The notes under the pieces were generated by a model that made no database searches, had not been told where the DNA came from, and worked only from the letters and a program-made list of their open reading frames with translations. From Tubulanus polymorphus (Eukaryota; Animalia; Nemertea), in contig NC_134026.1 of assembly GCF_964204645.1 (NCBI RefSeq), positions 24,152,150 through 24,216,149 of the forward strand: DNA of 64,000 bases, written 5' to 3'. The position numbers and the translations under genes are program-made. Positions 28,708 through 41,600 of the stretch are shown in pieces (the first letter of the stretch is position 1; each line of letters begins with the position of its first letter).

Positions 28708-31700
28708 ATCTCAACTGTTCACATACATTACATGTGCCATAAAATGTCCACTGTCGTGAATAACTTCTTGTATATGTTAAGAACCTTTAATTGTCCATGC
28801 TCAAACCGAATGGTGATAGCCAAAGAAAATCATTTGACAAAAATTTGATCGGATATTTTATTACCTTAATGAATGTATAAATTGCTTATTTGTTTGTAAA
28901 CCGTGGGCCAGTAACTTTGGACAACCTTTGAGCATTTGGCTCCATGCATTTCTCGGCTTAGACGTGTTAAATTAGTAACTTTATTCGTATCTGCAAATTT
29001 GTCATGAGCACAGGAAGGACATGTGGATGATTTAGAATGTCATTACCAGTTTATTCAGGGGATTAATACTAGAGTATGCATAGGACTGAAATGAAATTCA
29101 ATTACCAATAAATAGGGCTTTTTAGTTCTCCTAAGTTCATGTAATGAAAGAAAGACTTATGCATACTCTCTACTGAAGTATCTACCTCTGTACATTCAGT
29201 TGGCATTGGTGTAGACTCTTGCTAAGCAAGCTATAATAGTTTTAATCCAATTTATGCTTCGCCAGATTATATACTGGCCACCTGGGCATTTGTTATTTAT
29301 TCATGGCAATCTGTATTGTGTGAAACAAACAGGCATGATTATGCTTGAGTCAATAATATGACCTTCACATTTCAAGATATGCTATATATTTTTTTCTTGA
29401 CAAGAGTATTGTCTGTTAAGTATGTATTATACTATTTACTTCATCATCAATTGAAAATTACAAAAATACATGATAGAAATAGTATATTGATGATGGTGGA
29501 AGTTATGAAAGAATTGAACTACAATGTATTCTTAATTATGATGTTTCAGTTTTAACTGTTGAAAATACAAATGTGCTTTGTGTAATATGCACATGTATCT
29601 GGATTGTATTCATAACTAAGATCTCCGGTAAAGTGTGGTTTGATTCAAGACCCTGTTATGACCCTGTTAAACAATGACATGTAAAAAAGTTTCTTAAGGA
29701 TTTTACTAGCACACTAGACTGTCTTTGGAAATTTTGTATACAATCACATACTATAGAATCAAGAAGAAAAAGGAATCGTTCAGCGGTTGTTGTTCGTAGA
29801 ATGTTGCATGAGAAATCTGCTAAAATTCAATGAAGTGGCAGAAATTGGTTGTTGTTCATTAGCAACTACATGTAGACACATAACGCCTGCATGTATGTGC
29901 CGGTGTAATACTTTCTAATCAATGTTTAGAAAATACAAAATGATTGTAGTAATATGTATTGATATGAAGAAACCTATGTGTGTGATACATTTGTAGTACA
30001 TTGTATTCGTGTGCGGTCAGTGCGATCGGCAGTATTTTATGTGTATTACTTCCATAAAGAAACATCTGAGAGAGTGTATTTCTGCAGCACAATCTATTGT
30101 ACCAACATTGTGTATATTGTGTATATACTTTCCGATGACTGCGAGAAGAGAATGGACCGTCTCATGGAAATGTACCAGTAGTTAGTTCCATTTACATCCA
30201 CTGGTATATGTAAATCTTCACATGTGACCAATTTTGATTCCCGCTTCAAGGTGCATGATCCTCCCTGAAGACTTTGTATCCTCCATCATGGTGTTGTTCA
30301 TAAAAAAAATACTTGTACCGGTACATGTTGTTGTGAATAGTAATCTAAGTGAAACTGCCCTGACATTCATTCATGTTCAGGAAAAAGAAACAATTTAATT
30401 TGAAAATCTATTTGATCCAAGTCGGAGTACTAATTGTTGGTAATAACAATTACTGTTTTTAAGGTTTAGAACATGTTACATAAAATATGCATGAATTAAC
30501 TTAGAATTAGCATTAGCTGATATCTTATTAGCTTAGAAATTATGCACGTGATTTTCTGAGTGGTACTGAATAATTTTAGTTTTCCTTCTATCTGATGTTT
30601 GCACAAGTTTGCAGGGAAACTAAATCTATTTTAGAACTATAAATTTAGATTGCCTGAGATTCTAAATTTAAAAAAACAGTTATAAATTCTTTTCTGAAGC
30701 AGTTCGGTTACATGTTGTAGCTGTTATTCTTTTATTTTGGATATTCATGTTTTTCAGAACAGTAATTAAAAATTTTCTTTAAGTTTTGATGCTTTCAATA
30801 ATAGATCATAGATTTTAGAGTAATCGACAACGAATGTGATTAGTGACATTTGTATTATTACCCCTTTCGCTTAGCGGTTGTAAGAGTTCTTCTCAAGGGA
30901 GTTCAGCTTCAATACATTTTTCAATGAATGAATTTAGACGTTTTCTTCGAACAAGTATTTCAGTTAAGAATTTACTTTGGTGCTGTGAATTTTTTGTTTT
31001 CTATTTCATTCCTAGTTGAGAAATTCAATTATTGGTGGAGCTATATGACGTATTGTATGTAGGTTGATATTATAGATGTTGCTGTGAGATTGATTAATTT
31101 GGAGTTTGGCTTCGTTTCTTCTTAAACGACACTATTTCACTTCCTATATGGACATCACAGAATAACTTAATAAGCATAAGATATTGATAAAATATTCATT
31201 TTGAAATTACATTCTTTTGTTGGTAATTTAGCTGATAAATGAATTCTCAGGTATCTCATAGCAGCAGCAGCAGCTCATTATTCATGATATCACCAGACAT
31301 GGATGGCCTTGTAAACCAGCCATATTTGTCATCATCAAAGTACTATATATACATTACTAAGTATGCTATGTGTACACAGTTTTTGTTTTCTCTTTATCAT
31401 GATGTCCATATTGATAGTGTAGTTTATCCAAATATGGAGCAGATACACAAGCTTCTGATTGAACAAATCTTCTCTGGGGAAAATTCTTTAACTTACCATC
31501 CATAGTGGGTACCAGATACACCTCCAGTTTAACAGAGGAAACCCAACTAATAATTACGATTGACTTTTTCTTATCCTGAATTTTTGGCAATGGTAGGTGG
31601 GTTCTGCTCTGTATTTTTTTTTTAATGACAGTATAGTATAGTTAGGTTTGTTAATAAAGGCATGAATGTAGTGACACAGGAATGCTGAACAATTTATTGT

Positions 31701-32685
31701 GTTATAAGTAAAGCTGTCAGTGCAGTAGCCAAGAAAGAAACGAACCACTTACTTGCAGATCTATATGTAATGCTAAAATGTATTTCTCTAGCTTCAAGAG
31801 AAAACACTATTCAGCAATCTTTGATGGATGAAATCACATCTATTTAAAGGCATGATACTATCGGTCTGTTGAATTGGCTTATATCAACAATTTGAAATGA
31901 CAATGAAGTTTTATTTGAAGTTTTAATGATAAAAAGGTGGGCTAAAAGAGCAATTTGGAATGGTCGAGAACGAATATTGTAGGATATATTATATATACCT
32001 GTTCTTTTTGTATTTTATTCGTAATAAATACTAATATTGTTGATTGTAAAATGATATTTAAAATCTCTGGTTTCCGGATGTCATTTAGCTGGTCTCCAAT
32101 CAGAATAAAAGACTTCCAACATAAAATCCTCATTCAGTCAGTATAACCATAAACTTTCATAATTTTTTATATCAATAATGTCATTATCTTTCATTCATAT
32201 ATACACATGTACATAATATCTACACATCAGGAGATAGTGAACACAATTGGCACTAGGTATTAAAAAGATTCTTTTTTAAAAAGATTCACTTAAAAATGTC
32301 CCAGGAAATAAAATGAAAAGAACATTGAACTATAAAAATTAAACCCGAAACAATGGTGCATTCTACCTCAACATCTACAACATTAACGGCAAAATACAGC
32401 AACAATATCCCTTTTTACATGTACTGGTGCTGTACTTATGTACTACCTAGGAACACCATGCCCACCAAAACTAGATTCTACCTGTAGATGGACAACATAT
32501 GACAAGTGAACGCAATAGCCCTCTGAGGAGACTGAAGTCCAAAACAGGTTGAAAATAACATTATTTCAAAGCAATAATAATGAATACAGTGAGTTTGACT
32601 CGAGGATTTGAGTTAAAATTCATAATCTACAGGTTATTTCAATATTGCACACGATTGTCTTGATAAATGTGCATTTGTTACTCCC

Positions 32686-35600
32686 CTACATATACTCATC
32701 CAGCAACATACCAATTGCATTCTCGACATTCCCGAAATGTATTTCCAATGCACGGGCCATCTCTTCAAGAGTTGCCTGCGGAACAATGCAATGTATAGTT
32801 TCAATTTCATGCTTCCATTTATCACTAGTCTTACTTGGTGATCTGTATTCGTTGAATGATGATGACGATGTTTGTTGTGATTCTGCCTCAACTCCTGTAT
32901 CCATTGGAGAAATATGGGGATTCGATTCAAATTTCGGCGCTGACAAAACTGAAGGTGGTGTCTTATTTTCGACGGATCTAGTAATAGCCTCTTCAGATTG
33001 TAATTTATTTGTTGGAGATTCTGTTGATTTTCTTTTGTTAGATAGTCCGATGTGTTTATCGTGAGACAAATTGTCTGGTGATGAATCAGTGGATTTCGAG
33101 GGACTGATATCAGGCAATGAATCGTCATCTGAATCAATCTCAACTGGTTCACTTCGATGCTTACCAAGTGACACTGGAGATTGTTTATTTCCAGTTGGAA
33201 TAACGTCTTGTTTCAATATATCTGAAAAGTTTATTTCTCTTTTGCGAGGAGTACCCAAAGTTGATGACAGGGGGAGAGCAAATTTTGAAGGCGTCAAAAT
33301 TGGCGACATTGAAGGAGAGCGCTCTTCATCCCCAAGATATAAATCATTCACTGGTTTCATATCGTATAAATCCTTAACAGCCTGTGATTTCCCTGCAGTC
33401 TGTTTGGGGGGAGAGTTGTCATCCAAAACTGAACGATGCTCTGTCCAATTGGGAGATATGTCATCTCTTATATTCGGCCATACTTTGCGAGGAGTTCTTA
33501 CAATTGGGGCTTCTTCAATTCGATCTAATTCACTGCTATCCATAAGTTGATGTTGCCTCCACATTTTAGTAGGTTTCAGTGCTGAGGCTTTATTCGTTGA
33601 GTCACTTTTAGCTGGATGACTATGAATTTCAGCAGCAACTACAATCACATTACTCTCATTGCAAGTCGTTTCAGGGAGATCTTGTTCAGCAGGTGTCACC
33701 ACAAATGCTTCAATATTCGCCACTGGTTCAGCAGTTGATGTTTCTACACTAGGGCTGACAGCAGAAGTACCCACAAATTTTGACTTTTTCATGTCCGAAT
33801 CTAGATGAGATGATAATGATGAGTCACCTGTATTATCCATCGGTTTAATTTTTCGTTTTGCACCCGATTTCGATCCAATGAAAAGATCGTCATCACTTTC
33901 AAATAAATCAGTATATGGATCAGTTTCAGAGTTCTTTCTTTTTGGAGCTGGTTTTTGATTCATATCATTATGCAATACTATTTGATCATAATCAAGAACA
34001 GATGATCCGCTATCAATATGGTTATTATATGAGAGTTTATTTTTTTGGCAACTGCTCTGAAGCACATTTTCTCTAATTACTTCACCATTTGCACTCTCAA
34101 CGCCATCCAGATCATGAGTAACATCATTTAATGAGTTTGATGTTAAATCAGTCGTACTGTCTGTAGCCGGTGCATTACAATGGTAGTCACTCAATTGTTC
34201 TTTGCCACTAATGGAGCCGTCAGCTGTACTAGTTGCCGTTAATTTTGATTCTTCTTCACAGCAGTTATGTTGCAAAGATGATTGAATATAAGAAGTTTTC
34301 ACTTCAATGGTTTGTCTATGGGGAGAACTAAGGCCACCTGGTGTATCAAGTTCCTCTTTAGAGACGGTACTTGTCACATTAGACTTAAACATATTCCTTT
34401 CAACAGAACTTTGCTGAAAATTGGTATTTTCGGCTGAATCTTCGGCTGAATTTTGTTGTTTCCCAAGAGCTGCTGATTTGGTTGACATCTTGCGAGATAC
34501 GTTTAAAACATTTTTACCATCGTAATTCACCCATTCATCAGAAACTCCTGGATTATTATTGTTATTTTCTTTACTTCCCACAGTGTCTTTTAGTTGAAAT
34601 CCATTGGGAAATAGCACATCAAAATCACCAGTATTCATCCTAAATTGAAGAGAGAATTCAGACACTAAGATTAAATGTGATTTTGTGTGAAAACCTTTAA
34701 CGATGAACAATTATCTTTAATCTGAACCATGAAAATAATGGTAGCCAGCTCAAACGACAACCAAGATCATTATGTTACCTTTGTTTGATATCAGCAGTTA
34801 GCATAACAAGCACATCAACAGTTGTTTGGATATCTTGTGTCCGAATCACGGAGAAATCAGTGCTGCAGTCAAGATCTTCAATTATCTCCTATAAGAAAAT
34901 CAAATGCTGGTGCATGGCAGAGAAATATGGTACAGACACTGTCATCATTTACTACAGATGTAAATGTAGCATTTACGGAGGTAGCTATATTTTCTGATGT
35001 GGGCAATACACATAAAATTTTTCTGTGGAATATACGATGATCTATAGCCTAACTGGTACTAACCTGTAAAGCGTCGACTGGGGGATTGCCACATTTACCC
35101 ACGCCTTGACAGCCATCCTGACAGCGAACTACATACCGCTCCAGGTCACCTTCGATTAAATATTTCACTTTACCATTCATTTCAATGCCCTTGTTTGCAA
35201 CAAATTCATTGGACCAAGCTTTCATCTTATCAATTTGACTAAAAAACCGCCCGTCGACAATACTATTGGCAAGATCATCTATAACAAAAGGCCACAAATT
35301 TAAAATACGTTGTTGATGTGTAAGTTATTTTGTTCATCGTAAATCCTTGAAATAATTACCTCCACGTTTACGTTCAACTAGGAATGGAAGACAATATTCT
35401 ATTCCCTTATATCTGTAAATCCATTGATAATCACCAGTTTTTAACCGTTTTGTTCGATACGTTAGTGAAGTTTGGTCAATCATCCGTGTAAGCTAGAAAT
35501 TAAAATTTACAATAGCATGCACAAAGGATTAACAAATATGATTTAAGCATCTCATTATCTTCTTAATTTCTCACACAACGCACTTGTGATAATCCAATAG

Positions 35601-38600
35601 CATCTCCACCCCATTCTTGAGTATCTACCAGTAGGATTACACTAAAAATGAAATATATACAGAAATATATAAGATTTTTATTACTGAAATAGCGAAACCT
35701 TAAATTTCAAAAGAAGCGGTAATGAATGCTCACCCATCATCCTGACCAGTATCATTCGTGTACAAAGCATCAAGAAAGTGATTAACATCCTGTAATTTTC
35801 TGGGGCTTGGTTGTAAACGTTTATTCTTGAGAGGACTTGTACCAACGGGCTGCGAAGTCTCCCCTGTGAAAAAAGAGGGTTAAGAGTGTAATTGACTCTT
35901 CAAACTTATAATGGGTCGTGATTAAATATGGCAAATTAAATGAGATGGTTAGACGAAATTACCTCTTAAATGAAGAGCTACTTGTTCTCCATACGGTAAC
36001 AATTCATAAACTGGCTTTTTATTGACAGTTCTTTTTTTCACCATACCACGGGAACAAAGGATGTTAAGCCTCCAAGTTGCAATACAAAACCCTATAGAAT
36101 GAGAGATTTTTGGGGATGTCACAAGAAGTTGATTGGTTCAATGATGTAGATTAGTAGAATCGAAATTGATTACTTACCAGTAGAATCAGCAGGTAAAAAC
36201 TTCTCTTCGCAAAGTTGTGCCGCTACCTTACACAATGATGCTTCTGACACCGCATAAACTTTCTTAGATGACCTAAAAAGGTAAACAAAATGATGTTATA
36301 CGTTACATTACATTATCCACATAATAACCACAGTTTTTGCAATTTCAGTTAAAGACCAGTTGCTCAAAAGTTGGTTAATAAGAGTTAACCAGTGGATAGA
36401 AAAAACAATGACATAGTGACACAATCCAAAGTCCATTGTCACTATTGAATTTATCCGCTCGTAATCTTTAAGCAAATTTTGAGTACCAGTAACTAGCCCC
36501 AGATATTTATCAAGGTTTTTCAAACTCACGGCTCACTAGTCGATTTTAATCTATCTTCTTTCATATTCAACAGAGTTAATAACAATGCAGGTGCTGATGA
36601 TACAAATCTTCCTTGTCCAGGTGGATCTGCAGCATACTTGTCTTTATCGTTGCAAATGTCTTTCAGTTTATCAGCTAATACATTTCCAATCTGAATGAAA
36701 CATTCTCATAGCTTTCACACAAATGGAATATGGCTTTGAAATCTGCATTTGAAATTGAAAGCTGTCAAATAACTTACCCCTTCCAACTGAGTAGCTTGTT
36801 TTACAGATTTCAGGGGTATGTCACATAAATCTAACGATACGATGGCACGTGATGTACACTCTGCAGCAGACTTAAAGTAATGTCTTGATCTCTGGAAACT
36901 TTCTAGGGGTATAAGTCCTCGGATAAACTTGTGTCTCTGAAAAATAGAAAAAACTTTTTTCTTCAATTTTTGCCAGATTGTGTATGTCATTGTCGACGTC
37001 CAAGACAATTTTTTTGAGGCGCAAGCACCTACGTGAAGTGAGCCTGTTATTCCAGCCTCGTATTCAGATATAGTGTGTACACACTGTATAGCTGCCTGTA
37101 GATACTGGTTGACATGAAATGTATAACTTAACATGACGGAGCGATGATAACTAACGTAAACGTTAGTATATAGCATCGGATACTGATACTCAAATTTCTC
37201 TGAAACAAAAACTCCAGGTTTCGTAAAAACTGAGTATATTACTGAGTAGGCTCGATTGTTCAAGTAGATATATAAAGTAAATGTCTGTGCATCGATTTGT
37301 TCAGGTATCATTTCAACTCACGATTGCATCATTCCACGATATCTAAAATTTAAAAATTCAAACTCAAATTTCTCTCAAACTAAAACCTGGGGCTTTCTGA
37401 AAATCGAGTATAATATTAAGGAAACTCTTTTCTTTAAGTTGATGTAAAGCGGATGTCTGTGCATTGATTTGATCATAATAAAAAACGCGTCATTTCAATA
37501 CACGATTGCATCATGGCGCGATATTCAGAAATTTAAATTTCAAAATCAAATTTCTCTAAAACTAAAACCTGAGGCTGTCTGAAAATCAAGTATATTAATA
37601 AGGAAACTCTATTCTTTAAGTTGATTTAAGGCAGATGTCTGTGCATTGATTTGATCATAGTAAAAAAATGCGTCATTTCAATACACGATTGCATCATGGC
37701 GCGATATTCAGAAATTTAAATTTTAAAATTAAATTTCTCTCAAACTAAAACCTGAGGGTTCCTGAAAATTAAGTATATTAATAAGCAAACTCTATTCTTT
37801 AAGTTGATTCAAGGCAGAAGTCTGTGCATTGATTTGATTATAGTAAAAAAACGCGTCATTTCAATACACGATTGCATCATGGCGCGATATTCAGAAATTT
37901 AAATTTCAAAATTAAATTTCTCTAAAACTAAAACCTGAGGGTTCCTGAAAATTAAGTATATTAATAAGCAAACTCTATTCTTTAAGTTGATGTAAGGCAG
38001 ATGTCTGTGCATTGATTTGATCATAGTAAAAAAAACGCGTCATTTCAATACACGATTGCATCATGGCGCGATATTCAGAAATTTAAATTTCAAAATCAAA
38101 TTTCTCTTAAACTAAAACCTGAGGGTTCCTGAAAAGTAAGTATATTAATAAGCAAACTGTAGTCCTGAGTTGATGTAAAGCGCATGTCTGTGCATTGATT
38201 TGTTCATAGTTAGATTGCCTGTTATTGCGACACACGATTGCATCATTGCGCGATATTCAAAATTTAAAAATTCAAACTCAAATTTCTCTAAAACTAAAAC
38301 CTGGGGTTTCCTGAAAAAACGATTATATCAATAAGATGACTCTATTCTTCAAGTTGATGTAAATAAGATGTCTTTGCATTGATTGGTTTATAGTAAGAAT
38401 TGGTGTTATTTCAATACTCGAAGCATCATTGCGCGAATATTCAAAAATTTAAATTTCAAAATTAAATTTCTCTAAAACAAGATGATTGATGAAAATATTG
38501 AAAATACGAACATATTGATAAACGGTTTAGCGATATTCACTGGAAATTATGTCGATGTAGTCTATTAATCAAAATCGCCCTCTTTCATAAGTTTAGTATT

Positions 38601-41600
38601 TTGCACCTATGTTTTGATTTAGAATCAGCAGTGCGCATATTACTGCCTCAACAAAAACGTGCAGAAAGTGAAATGTTGGTTATGCCAACGTGTATCCGCT
38701 CCTCTGATGACTTTTCTGTTGCTAGGTTTTCCGTTTAAGTCGCAAAATGGGGGTTTGAATTGAACTGTGAACAAATCAATTCTGGCAAATGTAGATAATG
38801 ACTTATACCAAGTACATTGTACTTTCCGATACTTCCAAAAATAAATCCAAATAAAAGCTCGCGTTCCGTTTTATGTTTTTTCTTTATTGAATATAAAAGA
38901 ATCCGTATAATGTAAACTTTTTAGTTTCAAGAGGCTGAGAGGTTTTAGTGTCAATGTGTCGGAATAATTGCTTTGCTTGAATTGTTATCCAAACTAGTCT
39001 TTAAGTGTTCACACTGATGAGCACTTTCCCCCAGGCTTAAGGCCAATATTCAAGAGTTATTCTAGTCTAATAATAATAATAATCCATTAACTATACTATA
39101 TACACTCTATTATTCTTATTTTCAATAATCGTAGTTCTCCCAGTCTAATGTCCTAGCGTATCATATAATACGTTGTATTATTCATTCAATTTATTTCTAA
39201 AAAAGTGAAACCCAAATCATAATATTCCCCTCCCCTCAATCTACGTTCCCGTCCTTGGGGACATTCATATAATAGCCATCATATACAACATATATTGAGC
39301 TGAAAAAAATAAAATCATTTTCCTAAAAAAGATCATATATCTAGCTGAAAAAATTAAACATTTTCCAAAAAGAGATCACTTAAGTAAAAGAGTGTCCCGC
39401 ACCAAAACCTGACGCGAGCTTTAGACCCCAGGAAAAAACACTTTATTGATGGAAATTCAATTACATGATAGCTGCAATGTTATATATATATAGTTCTTTA
39501 ATATATTGTGTACTTCGCTGCCATCAAAATCCGTGGTTCACGATCCTGATAAAAAGTGGCTCCGAATCCATTAACGCAGGGCCGGGAGTGTGATCAGAAA
39601 CGTCAGGATGTGTAGGTGTAATGAACTAGAATTCTTCGATTTTAAAGTCTAATCTATCGAAACATCTGGTTCTTCAAAATCAAAACTTCGATCCCCCGGT
39701 GTCTCCTCGGTACATAGTCCGTGCGCAATATTAGCCCTCTCCACTCGTTCCGCGATCTTACTTCTGGGGTCAGCTGACAGATTTTCCTTGATGTATTGCA
39801 TAATATAACGATGCAGGCGTTCTATTCCACGATCATTTAAATGCAACCCATCCAAACGATAAAATTCTTGTTTGACAGAGAATTGATCTCCTTTGTTTTT
39901 GCGTTTCTGACTCGTTTCGAAAATACGCTGAAATGAGACAACACAATCAAAATGCAGGCTATGAAAATATACCATTTTACAGATGTTAGCCGCCTTTTTG
40001 TTAGCGTACGGTACTAAACTTTGTCCTCTATTGTTAGATAACTTTTTTCTCTTTTTAAAGGATTATTTGTGATGTGTTCTATCATATTTAATTGGTTTGT
40101 AGGTGAATTTTGCCATGTAAGGAGCATTCAAACCATGGGAATACGTATCTTGTTTGTTTTCAGTTATCTAAAATCTACGAGCAATTATAGATGATAAATG
40201 ATTGCAAAAGTCAAAAATACTCTAGAAACCAGCAAATAAGGAGTAATTTTGAATTCTTCATTTTCGTAGCAAATTCAAACTTTGATTGACTTTGGAGGAG
40301 GAGCTTCTTAGTTATCAACTCACTGACCACAAGCCTGCTGAATTATGTAAACATAACAGCTGTGTGTTTTTTATCTTGTAAGCTGTTGTTAATTAATTGC
40401 CTTCACCGGCAATGGTTTTTACTCGGAGCAAAACTTGTTTACTGGGTAAAAAGGAAATATGATAAATTTTTAATTCGTTTCTTATAACTAGATTGATTTA
40501 CCCTCAAATTTTTAGGAAAATCGGACCTCAAATAAAAACAAGGAAGTTTTTTACCCATGTTCTTGCCTTTAATCAGAAATAATCCCCAGAATCATGGAAG
40601 GTGTCATTCAATTCCATCAGTTACAGATTTTTACTCGTTTTACTCGAATTATTGGTCGAGTAGTATACAGGGAGTAAAAAACAAGTTTTTTTTGTCTGGC
40701 CAGTCCAGGGGCCGTGCTGAGATACAAAAAATAACGAACTTCGAATCCCTACGCATGTGGCAAAAACTGGCCACGGGTTTTTTTATCATTCTCATGTCGC
40801 ATTGTTGCGAATTTGAGAAACACTAGAAATGTTTGAATGCTGCCAAAATGTCAAAATCCACCTACAGGCCAATGAAATATGATAAAACACATCACAAATA
40901 ATATTTAAAATAGAAATAATTACCAAACAATAGAGGACAAATGAAAGTACCCTAACAAAATGGTGGCTGGCAACTGTAACATGGTATTAGTTTACGGTAT
41001 ACATTTCATGAATATATATATTTACCTCAGTTTTCATGAAGGAAACCCTTTTGAACCTGGGTTCGCGCAGAAGCTTCTTCGTTAACCTATTAACTTTCTT
41101 CCGCTTCTGATCCTTCACCTTTGAATCATTTCGTGGAAATATCGGCAACAGAAGGATTTTGGTTGATGGCATCATCAGCGCGAGATAACCTAAAAAAAAC
41201 TAGTATCAAGAGGAATTTAGTCATTCGTCATTTAGTCATTTGAATTTTCTGTAATTTTCTGCATAAACTGTTGAGTAACTAACCTGGTATGCCTTTACTA
41301 TATCCTTTGGTTGAACATTTTCGTTTAAATCGTTAGTTCCGACCCATACTATGAGAACGTCCGCGTATTTTATGTCGTCAATTATTTTCTCACCGACGAT
41401 TCTACGCATTACGTCAATGCCTATTCCTGGCCAAAAATGTGTCTTATGATTTTTCGATTCCGGGAAAAAACGACCCATGCTATCACTTAAAAGTATCGTT
41501 TTCATTTTGAATGTGTGCGCGCTCATGTAAACCGGGTAATAATCTGGTAAGAACTGGTTTGAAATTGTTGTGCGCCTTAAACTAGGTAGAGCAGTCACTT

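Noticed and set aside
32634-33550. Overlapping alternative-frame and antisense ORFs in the MUS81-like last exon (similar ones lie over ZRANB1 and the transposase)
   Set aside because: They are shadows of real coding sequence with no independent domain signal.
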